A DNA stretch of 64,000 bases from Stegostoma tigrinum. Lineage: Eukaryota. The stretch covers positions 14,014,255-14,078,254 of the forward strand of contig NC_081357.1 of assembly GCF_030684315.1 (NCBI RefSeq), written 5' to 3'. The translations under genes and the position numbers were made by a program. Positions 23,641-36,849 of the stretch are shown in pieces. Numbering within the stretch: the first letter of the stretch is position 1; each line of letters starts with the position of its first letter. Under the pieces are notes generated by a model, which had not been told where the DNA came from, did no database searches, and worked only from the letters and a program-made list of their open reading frames with translations.

Positions 23641-24651
23641 CTAATGTTTTTCAAGACAAGTTTCAGTGTGAAATCAGACTTGTTCGGTATTACATAGCAA
23701 GGCTTTGCCTTGAAGCAACCGATGGCTGGAGAGTTACAGAGAGTTAGGATGGTCGGTGGATTGTATTAGTGCAGCCCACAATGAGTTTTGAAATTTACTA
23801 CCGACTGCTGGAATCAATTCTTGACACGCAACAGAGGCTTCTTTGAAGCTGCTGGGAGTGATACAGGCAGATCCCAGTGAGAAGGAAAGGGAGAAGTTAT
23901 ATCATAAAGAGCTAGTCTCTCCACAATAAATAAGAAGCAAGGAGTGAATATTTAACCAGAGTAAACCTCGTGAACTACGTGCATTCCCTTGGGACCCTGT
24001 GGTGGCACTGAAGCAATCCAGGTTAGTGCGTCACCTATCAAACGCATTAAAAAACATTGCATTTATTATATAGCACAGAGAACACTTATCTAAATGCCAT
24101 GGAGCTGATACAAGGATAATAGATAAACCAAGCTGTTCAATATCACATTGCAAACACTCAAACAGAAGATACTGTTAGATGTAAGATTAGTAGGTATTTA
24201 GATTTGTCTTATCTTAGAATCCAATGATTTCCTTTTGGTAACATTTCAACATGTACCTTTGGATCTTTCATTATATTTGTCTTAGATTCACAAGTGCTAC
24301 GCTCTAAACCCTGAAAGTTATTCTTTCATTATCACCTTTCCAGAGCAAAACCTTTACTGGAAATTGCAGCTCCTTAGCAGCTCACCATGTGATCATTCTT
24401 CATGTGGTGTATGAAATGGAGAAATTCTGTCAGACCCTCAATTGACACTTCTTCACGAGCCAGAACAACACAAAAACAAAATTGCATGAACCAGTCATTC
24501 AACTTTTGTCTATTTTATGGGATGCAGTCAAAGTAAAAGAGCTGTCATGTTTGCTCCAGAACAGTCACAATTTCTCAAAAAGTAGTTCATTATGGTTTGA
24601 GGCTCTTCTGTGATATTGTGGACACACAATGTGGACCACATTGCTGTGCAA

Positions 24652-24985
24652 GGGAGGTGGTGGCCTTATGGTATTATCTCTGGCCTAGTAACCTAGAGGC
24701 CTCAGTAGTGGACCTGGGTCAAATTTTGCAGCAGATGGTGAAGTTTGGATTCAATTCTTTAAAAAAAATGTCTAGTATAAGAGTCCATGTGGCCATTTTT
24801 GGAAAAACTCATATGGTTCACTGATGTTCTTCAGGAAAAGAAACTGCCATCCTTACCTGGCCTGACCTACATGTGACTCCAGACCCAGAGCAATGTGGTT
24901 GACTCTTAACTGCCCTCTGGGCAACTAGGGATGGGATATAAATGCTGACCCAGCCAGTGGTGCCTACATCCCATGGAAAACAAAT
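24652..24985 (+). mobile_element. tRNA-derived SINE with LINE-derived tail
   Basis: tRNA-like head; body catgtgactccagacccagagcaatgtggttgactcttaactgccc; tail gggcaactagggatggg..aaatgctgacccagccag..acatccca. Confidence 0.8.
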
Positions 24986-25314
24986 GTATTGGGCCTTTGG
25001 ATGGACTATGCGACACTATATAACACGTATTGGTGAGGGAGTTAATGAGCTGTCAGTGAGTGCTCACAGGAAGTACGGCGGGTTGGCAGACTAATGCCAG
25101 TCATTATGTAACACTAAATTGATGCCAGCAGTGCAGGTTTGGTGCTCAGTAATCCAGCTATTGCCCTTTAACAATGCTTGGCCAGACATGCAGTCTGCGA
25201 CATGAAAGACCATTATTATTTAAAGGCATTATTGATTACTTGTGGATTAGATATCTATTTATCACTAATAGCTTTTGTAGTGGTCATGAATAAGTTTAGA
25301 ATTGAAGGCAATAT

Positions 25315-25715
25315 TCAAAAATTGGCCTAACAATGTCCTGTACAGCCACAACATGACCTGCTAACCCCTGTACTCAATGCACTGTCCAATGAAGGCAAGT
25401 ATGCCGAAAGCCATCTTCAGCCCGCTGTCTACCTGCAACTTCACTTTCAAGGAACTGTGAACCTCTACTCCAAGGTCTCTTTGCTTAACAACACTCCTCA
25501 GGACCTTACCATTAAGTGTTTAAGCCCTGCCCTGGTTTACCTTACAAAAATGTGACAGCTCACATTTATCTAAATTAAACTCCATCTGCATTGCCCATCT
25601 GATCAATGTCCTGTTGTACTCTGAGGTAACCTTCTTCACTGTCCTCTAAAATCATCACTACACCTCCAGTTTTGGGGTCATCTACTAACATATGCCTCCT
25701 ATGTTCACAGCCATA
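25315..25715 (-). mobile_element. CR1 internal fragment
   Basis: Similar to 11500-11900 (tactcaatgcactg..aatgaaggcaag..aaattaaactccatctgc). Confidence 0.8.
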
Positions 25716-26875
25716 TTGAGTAGTATCAGAGGCTGGTAATGGAGCAGGTGGGACTTTGCATTTAAAGATGAATTAGTTGACCTTCCACTACATGCATAAG
25801 GTTATCTTCTGCACTGCATGCATGTACATTGGGGATTGAATCCGTAGGTGATTGCTATAAATGTCTGATTTTACAGCACTTTCTGAGTTTTTCTGAAAGG
25901 CTTCCTGGCCCCAAGTTTTCTCCACTCCCTCGTCTACAACTCTTCCACCTGGGCCTGCAGTGCAACAGTAGAGAATTTTTCAAGTGCACTCACTTCCATG
26001 TCATGCCAACAGTTAGCCTTTTCTAAGTCAGGGTGACTTGTGCAGGAATGTCAATCTCAGAGGCTAATGACGATACACCTCACTTTGTAAGGGGTGCAGG
26101 CTGGTTTTATGTAGCGCAGGGCAGCTTTAACTTGTGTCAGCCTGTCACAATTTTGTAAACCTTCCGCCCCCGTGACACCCCCATCTGCTCTGGGAGCTTT
26201 TTCAGCAACATGGCTAGCATGGTCTGCATGCCTCAATTTTGTCAATAAACAGTCAGGACAAAGCTGTCTCACAACCTAATCATGTCGAATGGTTGCAGGT
26301 AGCAAGACCAGTTTTCTGGGCCTGTCTGATGAAGCCCCCTCTGTACATACACACTAACTACAAATATCTGCCTCTGAATTTGCCTTTCAGTGAAATGCCT
26401 TCAACAGCCACCACTCTGACTGTAGCCTTGACAGATCCCATTTACAGGTCATGATTCCCAATTCCTTTGACCTGCTCTGCACTTATCAGAGGCATTTATG
26501 TCCCATAAAAATTGAAAGAGTTGGCAAATAATATGGTGTGATTTTGATGGACCCATCAATTGGCACTAAATTTTGTGATTAAAAGTGATGATAACAGTTA
26601 TCTGGAATAATTATCATGATTGATCGAGATTGCCCTGTTTTGTATTACGGCTATTGTCTCTCACATTCCTGACAACAATCCTGTTGACAAGATATTCACG
26701 TTACCATGGGTGAAAAGGTGCTTGTACCTTATAAACTACAGGCTCACTGCAAGTACAACAAGAATAACAACATTGCTGACTCACATTGCACCTTCTTCAT
26801 AAACAGGCGCAAGAGAATAAAAGAAAAGCAAGGGTGGCTGAAAAACCTTTCTTAAATACTTCAGAGATAGTAAGA

Positions 26876-26977
26876 ACATTTCTGAACAAGGGTCCTGGCT
26901 CGAAACGTCAGCTTTCCTGCTCCTCCGATGCTGCCTGGCCTGCTGTGTTTGTCCAGCTCCACACCTTGTTACCTCAG
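26876..26977 (+). mobile_element. PLE pLTR fragment with mutated hammerhead
   Basis: CTGAACA AGGG TCCTGG CTC GAAA CGTC AG plus family tail. Confidence 0.8.
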
Positions 26978-27885
26978 TTCTGGCCAAGGCACTTTGGGAA
27001 AGATGTGACGACTTTGAGAGACAACATAGCAGAAATTTATGAGAATGGAATGAGGGCATTAGTTTTAAAGGCTAGATGGGAGAGGCTGGGGCTGTTTCTC
27101 CTAAAGACGAGAAGGTTGAGAGGAGTCATGATAGAATAGTAGAGTATAGATGTTGGGAGGTAATGTTACAATTGTACAGGACATTGGTTAGGCCACATTT
27201 GTAATATTACATTCAATTCTGGTCACCCTGCGATAGGAAGGATATTGTGAAACTTGAAAGAATTCAGAAAAGATTTATGAGGGTTTGAGCTGTAGGAGAG
27301 GCTGAATAGGCTGAGGTATTTTTTTTCCCTGGAGAGTTGGAGGCTTAGGGGCGACCTTATAGAAGTTCACAAAATCATGAGGGATATGGATAGGGTAAAT
27401 AGTGTCCCAGGGTAGGGGAGACCAAAACTAAAGAGCATAGGTTTAAGTTGACATGGGGAAAGATTTAAAAGGGACTTAAGGGGAATTTTTTTCACACATT
27501 GAGGGTGCATGTATGGGATGAACTGCCAGAGGAAGTGATGGAAGCTGGTACAATTACAATATTTAAAAGGCATCTGGATAGGTATATGAATGGGAAAGGT
27601 GCAGAGGGATATGGCAAATGGGACTAGATTAATTTAGGGTATCTGGTCAGCATGGATGAGTTGAATGTTGTGTATCTGTATGACTATATAACTCTATGAA
27701 AGAGCGATGGAGGCAGAATCAATCATTCCCTGCTTTCAACAGGGAATTGGATAAGTTACCTGAGGAGGAAACGTTTGCCTGTCCATGGGAAAGGAGCGAC
27801 GAGCGAAGTCTCTTTTGCGGAGAGCTGGTAAGGGTTTGACAGCCTGAATGGTCTCCATCTAGATTGTAGCTATTCAATGATTCCA
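26978..27885 (+). mobile_element. Nested CR1 3' fragments
   Basis: QFWPRHFGKDV..ERLGLFLLKTRRLRG, then a second copy at ~27140-27697 ending tatgactatataactctatga. Confidence 0.8.
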
Positions 27886-28389
27886 CTGAGACAACACTCA
27901 GATGTGGCACACTGACCACACTTTTTGGAGATTTGCAAACATTTGCTCAATTTGCCAACATTTGCTCAATATGCCATTTCTTTTGCTGACAGAACAGTTT
28001 GACGCCATCTGGAGAAGCTTAACTGACTGGACATCAGAATAGTGCTGTATTACCAAAGTTGGCGACAGGTTTAATTAAAACACAAGTCAAATCCAACCCA
28101 GACAAATATTACCTGGGCAGCCTTCTCTCAATGAAAGATGGGAAACTGAATAGAACAAGACAGGCCTAATATTAACCTGCTTAGCTTTTCTGGCAATAAT
28201 CTCTTTGCTTATATATTTTATTCATGTTTATGAATTCCTTTTTATGAGAAATGACTGCTCACAAGAGCAAGTTAGACCATCGGATGAAATGAAGAGGTCA
28301 TATTTCACTGCCTGATATGTTTAATCCTTTTTTCTTTTCACACAGGCATAGCGTTGAGATTATTGCAGACCTAGTTCCAAGATATTTTG

Positions 28390-28627
28390 TCATAGAATCC
28401 CTGCAGTGGGAAGCAGGCCATTTGACCCATCGAGCCCACACCATCCCTCCAAAGAACTTTTCACCCAGGCCCACCCCTGCAACCCTGTTTTTCCCATGGC
28501 TAATCCACCCAGCCTGCGTATCCGTGGACACTGTAGGCAACACAGACAGCTGCCTGAGGCTGGACCCAAACCCAGGTCCCTGGCACTGTGAGGCAGCAGT
28601 GCTAACCACTGAGCCACTGTACCATGG
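28390..28627 (-). mobile_element. HE1-like SINE with internal deletion of the V domain
   Basis: catagaatccctgcagtgggaagcaggccatt tail and gaggcagcagtgctaaccactgagccac head on the reverse strand. Confidence 0.85.
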
Positions 28628-28754
28628 TGGTTTTGCCCTGCGTCTTTGGGTGGATTTCTTTTTGTTGTGAGCGTGCACATTGGCACTTGAGGAGACCTCC
28701 CTAATCTAGAACTCTATGTTTATGGAGTGACCTCTAGATCTTTAAGCCATTTTT

Positions 28755-30005
28755 AAAACTCACTTCTGGGATGTGGGCATTATTGGCTAGGGCAGCATTT
28801 ATTACCTGTCCCTAGCTGCCCTTGAGAAGGTGATGGTTGAGCTGCCTTCTTGAACTAGTGCAGTCCACATGCTCTAAGTTGACCCACAACACAGTTAGGG
28901 AAGGAATTTTAGTATTTTCACCCACAACAATGCAGGAACAGCAATATATTTCCAAGTCAGGATGATGACTGGCTTGGAGTGAACTTTCTGGTGATGGTAT
29001 TCACATATATCTGCTGGCCTTGTTCTTCACAATGGAAATGGTCACAGGTTTGAAAATTGCTGTCTAACGAGCCTTGGTGAATTTCTGCAGTTCATCTTCT
29101 GGACAGTACATGCTGCTGATACTGACATCAGTGGTGGATGGAGTGGATTTTTGTAAATGCAGTGCCATTAAGCAGGGTGCCTTGTCCTGGATGATGTCAA
29201 GCTTGTGCCTTGTAAATGGATCGCAAGCTTTGAGGACCCCAAAGATGAATCACTCGCTGTGTTATTCCTAGCCTTTGACCTGCTTTATCGGCACTATTTA
29301 TATTTTTCTTATTCATTTCGTGGGATGTGGGCGTCGTTGGCTGGTTAGCATTGCTTGCCCATCCCTAGTTGCCCTTGTGAAGGTGGTGGTGAGCTGCCTT
29401 CATGAATCTCTGCATTCCTCCTGCTGTGGGTTGATCCACAATGCTATTAAGGAGGGAATTCCAGGATTCCAGCAACAGTGAAGGTGCAGCGATATATTTC
29501 CAAGTCAGGATGGTGAGTGACTTGGAGAGGAATTTGGAGGTGATGGTCTTTCCATGTATCTGCTGCTCTTTCTAGATGGAAGTGGTTGTAGGTTCGGAAG
29601 ATGCTGTCTGGTGTTGGTGAATTTCTGCAGTGCATCTTGTAGACAGTACACACTGCTGCTACTGAGCGTCAGTGGTGAAGGGAGTGAATGCTTGTTGGTT
29701 TAGTGCCAATCAAGTGGGCTGCTTTGTCCTGGATGGTGTCAAGCTTCTTGAGTATGGTTGGGGCTGCGCTCATCCAGGCAAGTGGGGAGTATTCCATCAC
29801 ACTCCTGACTTGTGCCTTGTAGTCGGTGGACAGGCTTTGAGGAGTCAGGAGGTGAGTTACCGCCACGGTATTCCCAGCTTTCAGGTTCTGGTCGATGGTA
29901 ATCCCCATAATGTTGATCATGGAGGATTCAGTGTTGGTAACACCATTGGATGTCAAAAGATGGTGGTTAGGTTTTCTATTATTGGAAATAGTCAATGTCT
30001 GTAAT
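28755..30005 (-). mobile_element. Two 3' ends of a non-CR1 APE-type LINE (28755-29290, 29308-30005)
   Basis: Minus ORF YKAQVRSVMEYSPLAWMSAAPTILKKLDTIQDKAAHLIG..SLHH (post-RT region). Duplicated 3' terminus gggatgtgggc..gcccttg.gaaggtg. Confidence 0.85.
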
Positions 30006-30159
30006 TTATCTCAGACAACAAACTGCACAAGAGTATGAAGTATTAACTGAGTCAATATTGACTCTTTGGGAGCCTAACCACGGGCAGTTAATACAAACAA
30101 AGGCTAGTTGCCCTTCCTAACTAGCACCGATGCTGCAGCCAACCAATATCCACTTGATA

Positions 30160-30250
30160 TAATACAGTGTAGAGCTGGGTGAACACAGCAGGCCAGGCAG
30201 CATCAGAGAGGCAGGAAGGTTGACGTTTTGGGTCGAGACTCTGCTTCTTC
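30160..30250 (-). mobile_element. PLE pLTR fragment
   Basis: gtgtagagctgggtgaacacagcaggccaggcagcatcagag...tgacgttttgggtcgagac. Confidence 0.75.
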
Positions 30251-31799
30251 ATCACAACCCACTGCCAGAACCCATCACTTGCAGGCCATAAACACAAAAT
30301 CTTTTCAAGGAAGCAATTAGCAGAACACTGTTTAAATTTACCATTTGCATATAATATCCTTTAGCTAAAAGCTTCATCTGAAACATGAGAATAGTAATGA
30401 CTTTTTCTTTTAACAAACTCCAGTGCCTGATCTTGCAGTAATATAAATGGAAAAAAAGTAATATTGTTCAAAATTATAAAGTGCACCATTTTTTGTCATG
30501 TCAAGTGTTCATACTACATTAGTGATAACTCTGATCTGCCTAACACATGTCATGTCTAGAGACAATGTTTGAGCTGTACAACTCTTAGATTTAGGATTGT
30601 TGATTACAGATCTGCCACTGTTGGAGATGGTGAAAGAAGCACTTAAACGCATTGGATTAAAAAAATGATGAAAGCACCCCGACAGAAGATTTATTTTTCT
30701 GTTCTACAGTACATCAGACTATTTGCAAAGCAAGGCTGTGTACAAAACATGTACCAGCCAAGAGCCTATATGTGTTATAATTTAAATATCATGACTTGTG
30801 TGTTAGAAAATATTGCAAAGGATCCCAAATGAAAACAGCAGTTTTGTTCCAGGCTGCATATTAGCTTGGATCAGCTGTTAAGCCTGAGTGAGTCAAAAGG
30901 CTGAAAGCTCAATCCCTTAGACTTTGAGCACAAATTCTGACCTAACATGTAATGAAATGCTGCATTGTACACAGATGGATCTCAACAATATTCAAAGCAG
31001 TTCATCCTGGTGACCAGTATTTATTGCTCAACCAACTTCTCGAAAACAGATTAAGTAGTCATTACCTACATCGTGATAACACAATGTTGGCTGCACTTAG
31101 AGATTTGAAATAGTTATAAATTGTATTAAATATAAGTCTATTAAAGGAAAATCATTTATTATACATTTTGAATGGAATACTGCTTTTGAAATCTGGACTT
31201 CAGTCGTTCAAGAAAGCAACTCACCACTGCCTTCTCAAGGGCAACTAAAAATGGGTAATAAATGCGAGCCCTGCCAGTGAGGCACATGTCTTTTGAGTGA
31301 ATTAAAAAATGTCATACAGACAAATGCTGTATAAGCTAATGTTCCAGAAAGGTTTAATGCTGCAGCTTGCAATAAGCTCCAACCAATCTGATGATGCCAT
31401 AGGTACTTTGGTGGGGAGAGGCAAAAATATTTATGAATCTTGTAGACAGAGGCTTATACACTAAGTCCCTTATAGGCATGGGAACAATTTCTACCTTACT
31501 GATGTAACATATACCTGGCTGCTATCATGCAGTAAACTAAACAAACACTTCTGGCAGTACAGATTTGATGGGCTGAAGTGTACTTTATGATTCCTTCATT
31601 CGATAGCTTTGCTACCGTACGTTACTGTTATCAGTAAAGACTCAACAGTACCTTTAATTCAAGAGAAGGTCAAAGGTCAAGCAGTCACAGCCAGCGGTCA
31701 TGCTAGATGCTTTCCTCCAATATTTATCCTGGACATCTACCTAATTGCAGAAACCTACAGAAGGCTGGAGGCAATCAGTGGAGGAGTTTATGATCAGAT

Positions 31800-33000
31800 C
31801 ATGAGTGGGCCATTAGCTGGATAATCCGTATATTAGTTCTATCAACCCATCTTTCTGATCAGTAATTCTCCACCCTTTTTGAAAAAAAACTTGCAAAACA
31901 CAGAGGATTGGTAACTCATAGAAAGAGACAGGGATGTGGTTAGGGGTGGTGGGGAGTAATGTGAAATTTTCAGGATGACAATCTTTAAATAGTGGACAAG
32001 CCCAAGGAACAGTGACAGAACCATAATTATTTACAATATATTAATGACTTGGAGAAGGGAAGCGAATGTAATATAGCCAAGTTTTGTGGATGCCACCAAA
32101 ATAGGTATAAAGGTAAGCAGTGAGGATGCTTCAAAAAGCCTGCAGAAGGATATAGCCAGGTTTAATGAGTGGGCAAAATCTTGACAGATGAACAATCATT
32201 TGGGGAAATGTGAGATTATGCATTTTGGCAGGAAAAATAGAGGAGATTAATATTATTTAAGTGGAGAAAGGCTGTAGCAGAAAGTTACAGAACAGCAGGA
32301 TTTGGGAGTCCGTGTGTCGGACCCACAAAAAAACTTACATCCAAATTCAGCAGGTAATAGGGAAGATAAATGAAATGTTGGCCTTTATTTCAAAAGGAAA
32401 TATATACAACATATAAAAGTAGGGAGGTTTCACTGAAACAAAGCAAGGCACTAGTCAGAATACTGTTACCAGTTTTAGGCCCTTTATCTCAGGAAACACA
32501 TAGTGGCATTGGAGGCAGTCCAGAGAATGCTCACTAGCCTGATCCCAGATATGGAGAGACTGTCCAATGAAAAGACTGTCTCATGAGGAGAGATTGAGCA
32601 AGTTCAGCCTGTACTCATTGGAATTTCGAAGAATGAGAGATTAACTCATTTAAACATAGATGTTTTGGACATTGGCAATGTAGATGCAGAGACGTTGTTT
32701 CTCCTTGTAGGAAGAGTCTAGGACCAGAGGACATTATCTCAGAATAAGGGATTTCATACAGAGATGAGAAGGAATTTCTTCTCTCAGAAGGTAGTGATTC
32801 TGAGAATTTCTTTATAGAAGAGGACTATTAAGGCAAGGTTGTTAAGTATGCTCAAGATTTTTAATCAGGAGGGGAATGAAGGGTTATACGGTAAAATGTA
32901 GGGAATGTGGAGTTGAGGGTTACCAGATTAGCCGTGATCTCAAGGAATCATGAGGCTGAATGATTTACTTCAGCTCCCACATCCAAAGACATTATGGTCA
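31800..33000 (+). mobile_element. Old CR1 RT-to-3' fragment
   Basis: tatagccaagttttgtggatgccaccaaaatagg (KFADDTK-like), gcattttggcagg, tactcattggaatttcgaagaatgagag, and a CR1 3' UTR. Confidence 0.8.
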
Positions 33001-33169
33001 ATCTCAGTTTTGAAACTTACAAATGATCTCATCCCAACAGTCTTAATTTGGCAAGAAAGGGAAATAAAAAAGTTTTGAAGTTGCAAAACTTACTCAATAT
33101 ATGAAATAAGGTTGTTCAAATTTGATCTGTCATCCTACATTGTCAATAATCTTCTGGCATCATTCTATG

Positions 33170-36100
33170 AATAATTTTACTGTAAGATAAAGAGGGGGAA
33201 CCGTCAGATTCTACCATAATAATGGAGAATCCATCAACCAGCGTAAATGAGGAACTACAAAATATTAATGAGTAAATATATCATATAGGGAAATTAATAG
33301 CCTTAAAGTGGATAAACATTCTGGAGATGATGACCTACATCCCAAGTTGTTGATAAAGGCCGCTGCAGAGATAGTGGATGCATTGGTGGTCATCTTTTTG
33401 AATCTTATAGACTCTGCAAGAGAGAGCTCAGAAGAGCCAGGAGGAGACATGAGAAGTTGTTGGTGGATAGGATCAGGGTAAAGTCTAAGGCTTTCTATAG
33501 GTATTTAAGGAATAAAAGAATGACAAAAGTAAGATTAGGCCCAGTCAAGGATAGTAGTGGTAAGATGTGTGTGGAGTCAGATGAGATAGGGGAAGAGCTA
33601 AATGGATATTTTTCAACAGTATTCACTCTAGAAAACGACAATGTTGTTGAGGAGAATACTGAGATACAGGCTACTACACTAGGTGGGATTGAGGTTCACA
33701 AGGAAGAGGTATTAGAAATCCTACAGAGGGTGAAGATAGATAAGTCCCCTGGGCCGGATGGGATTTATCCTGGGATAATCTGGGAAGCCAGGGAGGAGAT
33801 TGCCGAGCCTTTGGCATTGATCTTTAACTCGTCATTGTCTACAGGAATAGTGCCAGATGAATGGAGGATAGCAAATGTGGTTCCCCTGTTCAAGAAGGGG
33901 AGTAGAGACAACCCTGGTAATTATAGACCAGTGAGCCTTACTTCAGTTGTTGGTAAAGTTTTGGAAAAGGTGATAAAGGATAGGATTTATAATCATCTAG
34001 AAAAGAATAAATTGATTAGGGATAGTCAGCACGGTTTTGTGAAGGGAAGGTTGTGCCTCATATACCTTATTGAGTTCTTTGAGAAGTTGACCAAACATGT
34101 AGATGAGAGTAAACTGGTTGATGTGGTGTATATGGATTTCAGCAAGGCGTTTGATAAGGTTCCCCACAATAGGCTATTGTACAAAATGCAGAGGAATGGA
34201 ATTGTGGGAGACATAGCAGTTTGGATCGGAAATTGGCTTGCTGAAAGAAGACAGAGGGTGGTAGTTGATGGGAAATGTTCATCCTGGAGACCAGTTACTA
34301 GTGGTGTACTGCAAGGGTCGGTGTTGGGTCCACTGCTGTTTGTCATTTTTATAAATGACCTGGATGAGGGCGTAGAAGGATGAGTTAGTAAATTTGCAGA
34401 CGACACTAAGGTCGGTGGAGTAGTGGATAGTGACGAAGGATGCTGTAGGTTGCAGAAAGACATAGATAAGCTGCAGAGCTGGGCTGAGAGGTGGCAAATG
34501 GAGTTTAATGCAGACAAGTGTGAGGTGATGCACTTTGGTAGGAGTAGCCGGAAGGCAAAGCACTGGGCTAATGGTAAGATTCTTAGTAGTGTAGATGAGC
34601 AGAGAGATCTCGGTGTCCATGTAAACAGATCCTTGAAAGTTGCCACCCAGGTTGGCAGGGCTGTTAAGAAGGCATACAGTGTTTTAGCTTTTATTAATAG
34701 AGGGATCGAGTTCCGGAACCAAGAGGTTATGCTGCAGCTGTACAAAACTCTGGTGCAGCCGCACTTGGAGTATTGTGTACAGTTCTGGTCACCGCATTGT
34801 AAGAAGGATGTGGAAGCTTTGGAAAGGGTGCAGAGGAGATTTTCTAGGATGTTGCCTGGTATGGAGGGAAGGTCTTACAAGGAAAGGCTGAGGGACTTGA
34901 GGCTGTTTTCATTAGAGAGAGGAAGGTTGAGAGGTGACTTAATTGAAACATATAAAATAATCAGAGGGTTAGATAGGGTGGATAGGGAGAGTCTTTTTCC
35001 TCGGATGGTGACGGCGAGCATGAGGGACCGTAGCTTTAAATTGAGGGGTGAAAGATATAGGACAGATGTCAGAGGTGGTTTCTTTACTCAGAGTTGTAAG
35101 GGAATGGAACGCTTTGCCTGCAACTGTGGTAGATTTGCCAACTTTAGGTACATTTAAGTCGTCATTGGATAAGCAAATGGATGTACATGGAATAGTGTAC
35201 GTTAGATGGGCTTGAGATCGGTATGACAGGTCGGCACAACATCGAGGGCCAAAGGGCCTGTACTGTGCTGTAATGCTCTTTGTTCTATGCAGTGGCCCTG
35301 AAGGATTTAAATGTGGCCGAGTAACTCCATTATTGAAGAAAGGAGGGAGAGACAAAATGAGGAATTACAGACCTGTTAGCCCACCATTAGTCAAAGAAAA
35401 AGGATCACATAATAGAACACTGTGAAAACAATGGTGGGATATGAGCACAGTCAATATGGATTTATGAAAGCAAAATCATGTTGGCCAGGCCTGTTGGGAG
35501 TTGTTTGAAGATGTAATTAGTTGGAAAGAGAAAGGGAAAAACTTGTGGATGTGGCACAATTAGAATTTCACAAGGCTTTGGATAAGGTTCCACTCAAAGT
35601 TGGTAATCAAAACTAGAGCAAATGGAAATAGAAAGGGTGGAGGATATATTGGCATTGACTGAGAACCGGTTAATAGTTGGAAAAGAGAAGACTAGGACTA
35701 CATGGCTCACTTTTCTGCTGGTGGGCTGCGACACTGCAAGGATCAGACCTTGGGCCCACTTAATCACAAACAAGATCAATGATTCAAAATGTGGGATTAG
35801 ATTGAAAATTTCCGAGTTTGTAGACAACAAAGTGTGAGTTGCAAAGAGGATGCAAAGCTGCTTGAAAGGGGTTTAGAGATGCTAAGCGTACAGAAAATTA
35901 ATAGATGGAATGTAATGTGGAGAAAAGCGAAGTTACCTATTTCATTGGAAATACAGAGTATTCCTGAAATGTTTGTCATGTGTTTAACTTCAAAGTGACT
36001 TGGGTTCCCCTTATAAAAGTGGCTATAAATCACTGAAAGTTAATATAAAATTACATAGCAAACATTTAAGGTGGCAAATGGCATGTTGGCCTTTATTACA

Positions 36101-36790
36101 AAAAGATTTGAAGAGAGAAGCAAGATGCTTTACTGCAATACGGCCTCAGCAAGACTGCGCTGGGAATATTGTGCTTACTTTTGGTCTCCTTAACCAAGGA
36201 CATACATACTTGCCATAAAGGGAGTGCACAAAGATTGACCAGGAACTTGCTATTAAGAAAGACAAAACAAAGCGCCTCTTTATTTTCTGGTGTTTAGAAG
36301 AATGAGAGACAATTTATTTTCAAATGCACAATTTATTAGAGTTCAACAGGACACATAGGAAATTTTCCATCTGGAGCATTCAGGACCAGTACAGAGGATT
36401 AGAACAAGAGGTGGGTCATTCAGGACCAAGGTGAAGAGGTACTTCTTCATTCAGAGAGTGGGATCAAGCTTTGGAGTTCTCTGTCCCAGAGGACTGGGAA
36501 GGATCAGTCATAGAGTTATGCAGCATGGAAACAGACCCTTCAGTCCAACTCCTCTGTGCTGGGCACCCAGTCTGACCTAGTCCCATTTACCAGCATTTGA
36601 TCCATATCCCTGTAGACCCTTCCTATTCATATACCCATCCAGATACATTTTAAACATTGTAATTGTAGTCACCTCCACCACTTCCTCTGACAGCTTATTC
36701 CATACATGCACCACCTTCTGCATGAAAGAGTCATTGAGTGTGTTCAAGGCTGAGAACAACAAATTTCTACATTTGAAACGTTAAGATACA
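33170..36790 (+). mobile_element. Old CR1 copy split by a young CR1 (33420-35288) and a minus-strand CR1 tip (36508-36728)
   Basis: atagactctgca...|...gtggccctgaaggatttaaatgtggccgagtaactccattattgaagaaaggaggg continues the same ORF2 region across the insert. Confidence 0.75.
33420..35288 (+). mobile_element. Young 5'-truncated CR1 with nearly intact RT (nonsense codon at 34381-34383, frameshift near 35093)
   Basis: [58 protein letters not shown], then the same C-terminus as 22630-23500. Confidence 0.96.
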
Positions 36791-36849
36791 CTGAGTGCAG
36801 GAAAGAGTGTCTTCCCCCTACCCCCTCACCAAAATATCGGTTTTGCTTG

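Noticed and set aside
27938-27976. Short tandem duplication aacatttgctcaat(t/a)tgcc
   Set aside because: Ordinary slippage duplication with no further structure. A similar one lies at ~63065-63110.
34026-34745. 239-aa minus-strand ORF
   Set aside because: Antisense shadow frame of the CR1 RT region.
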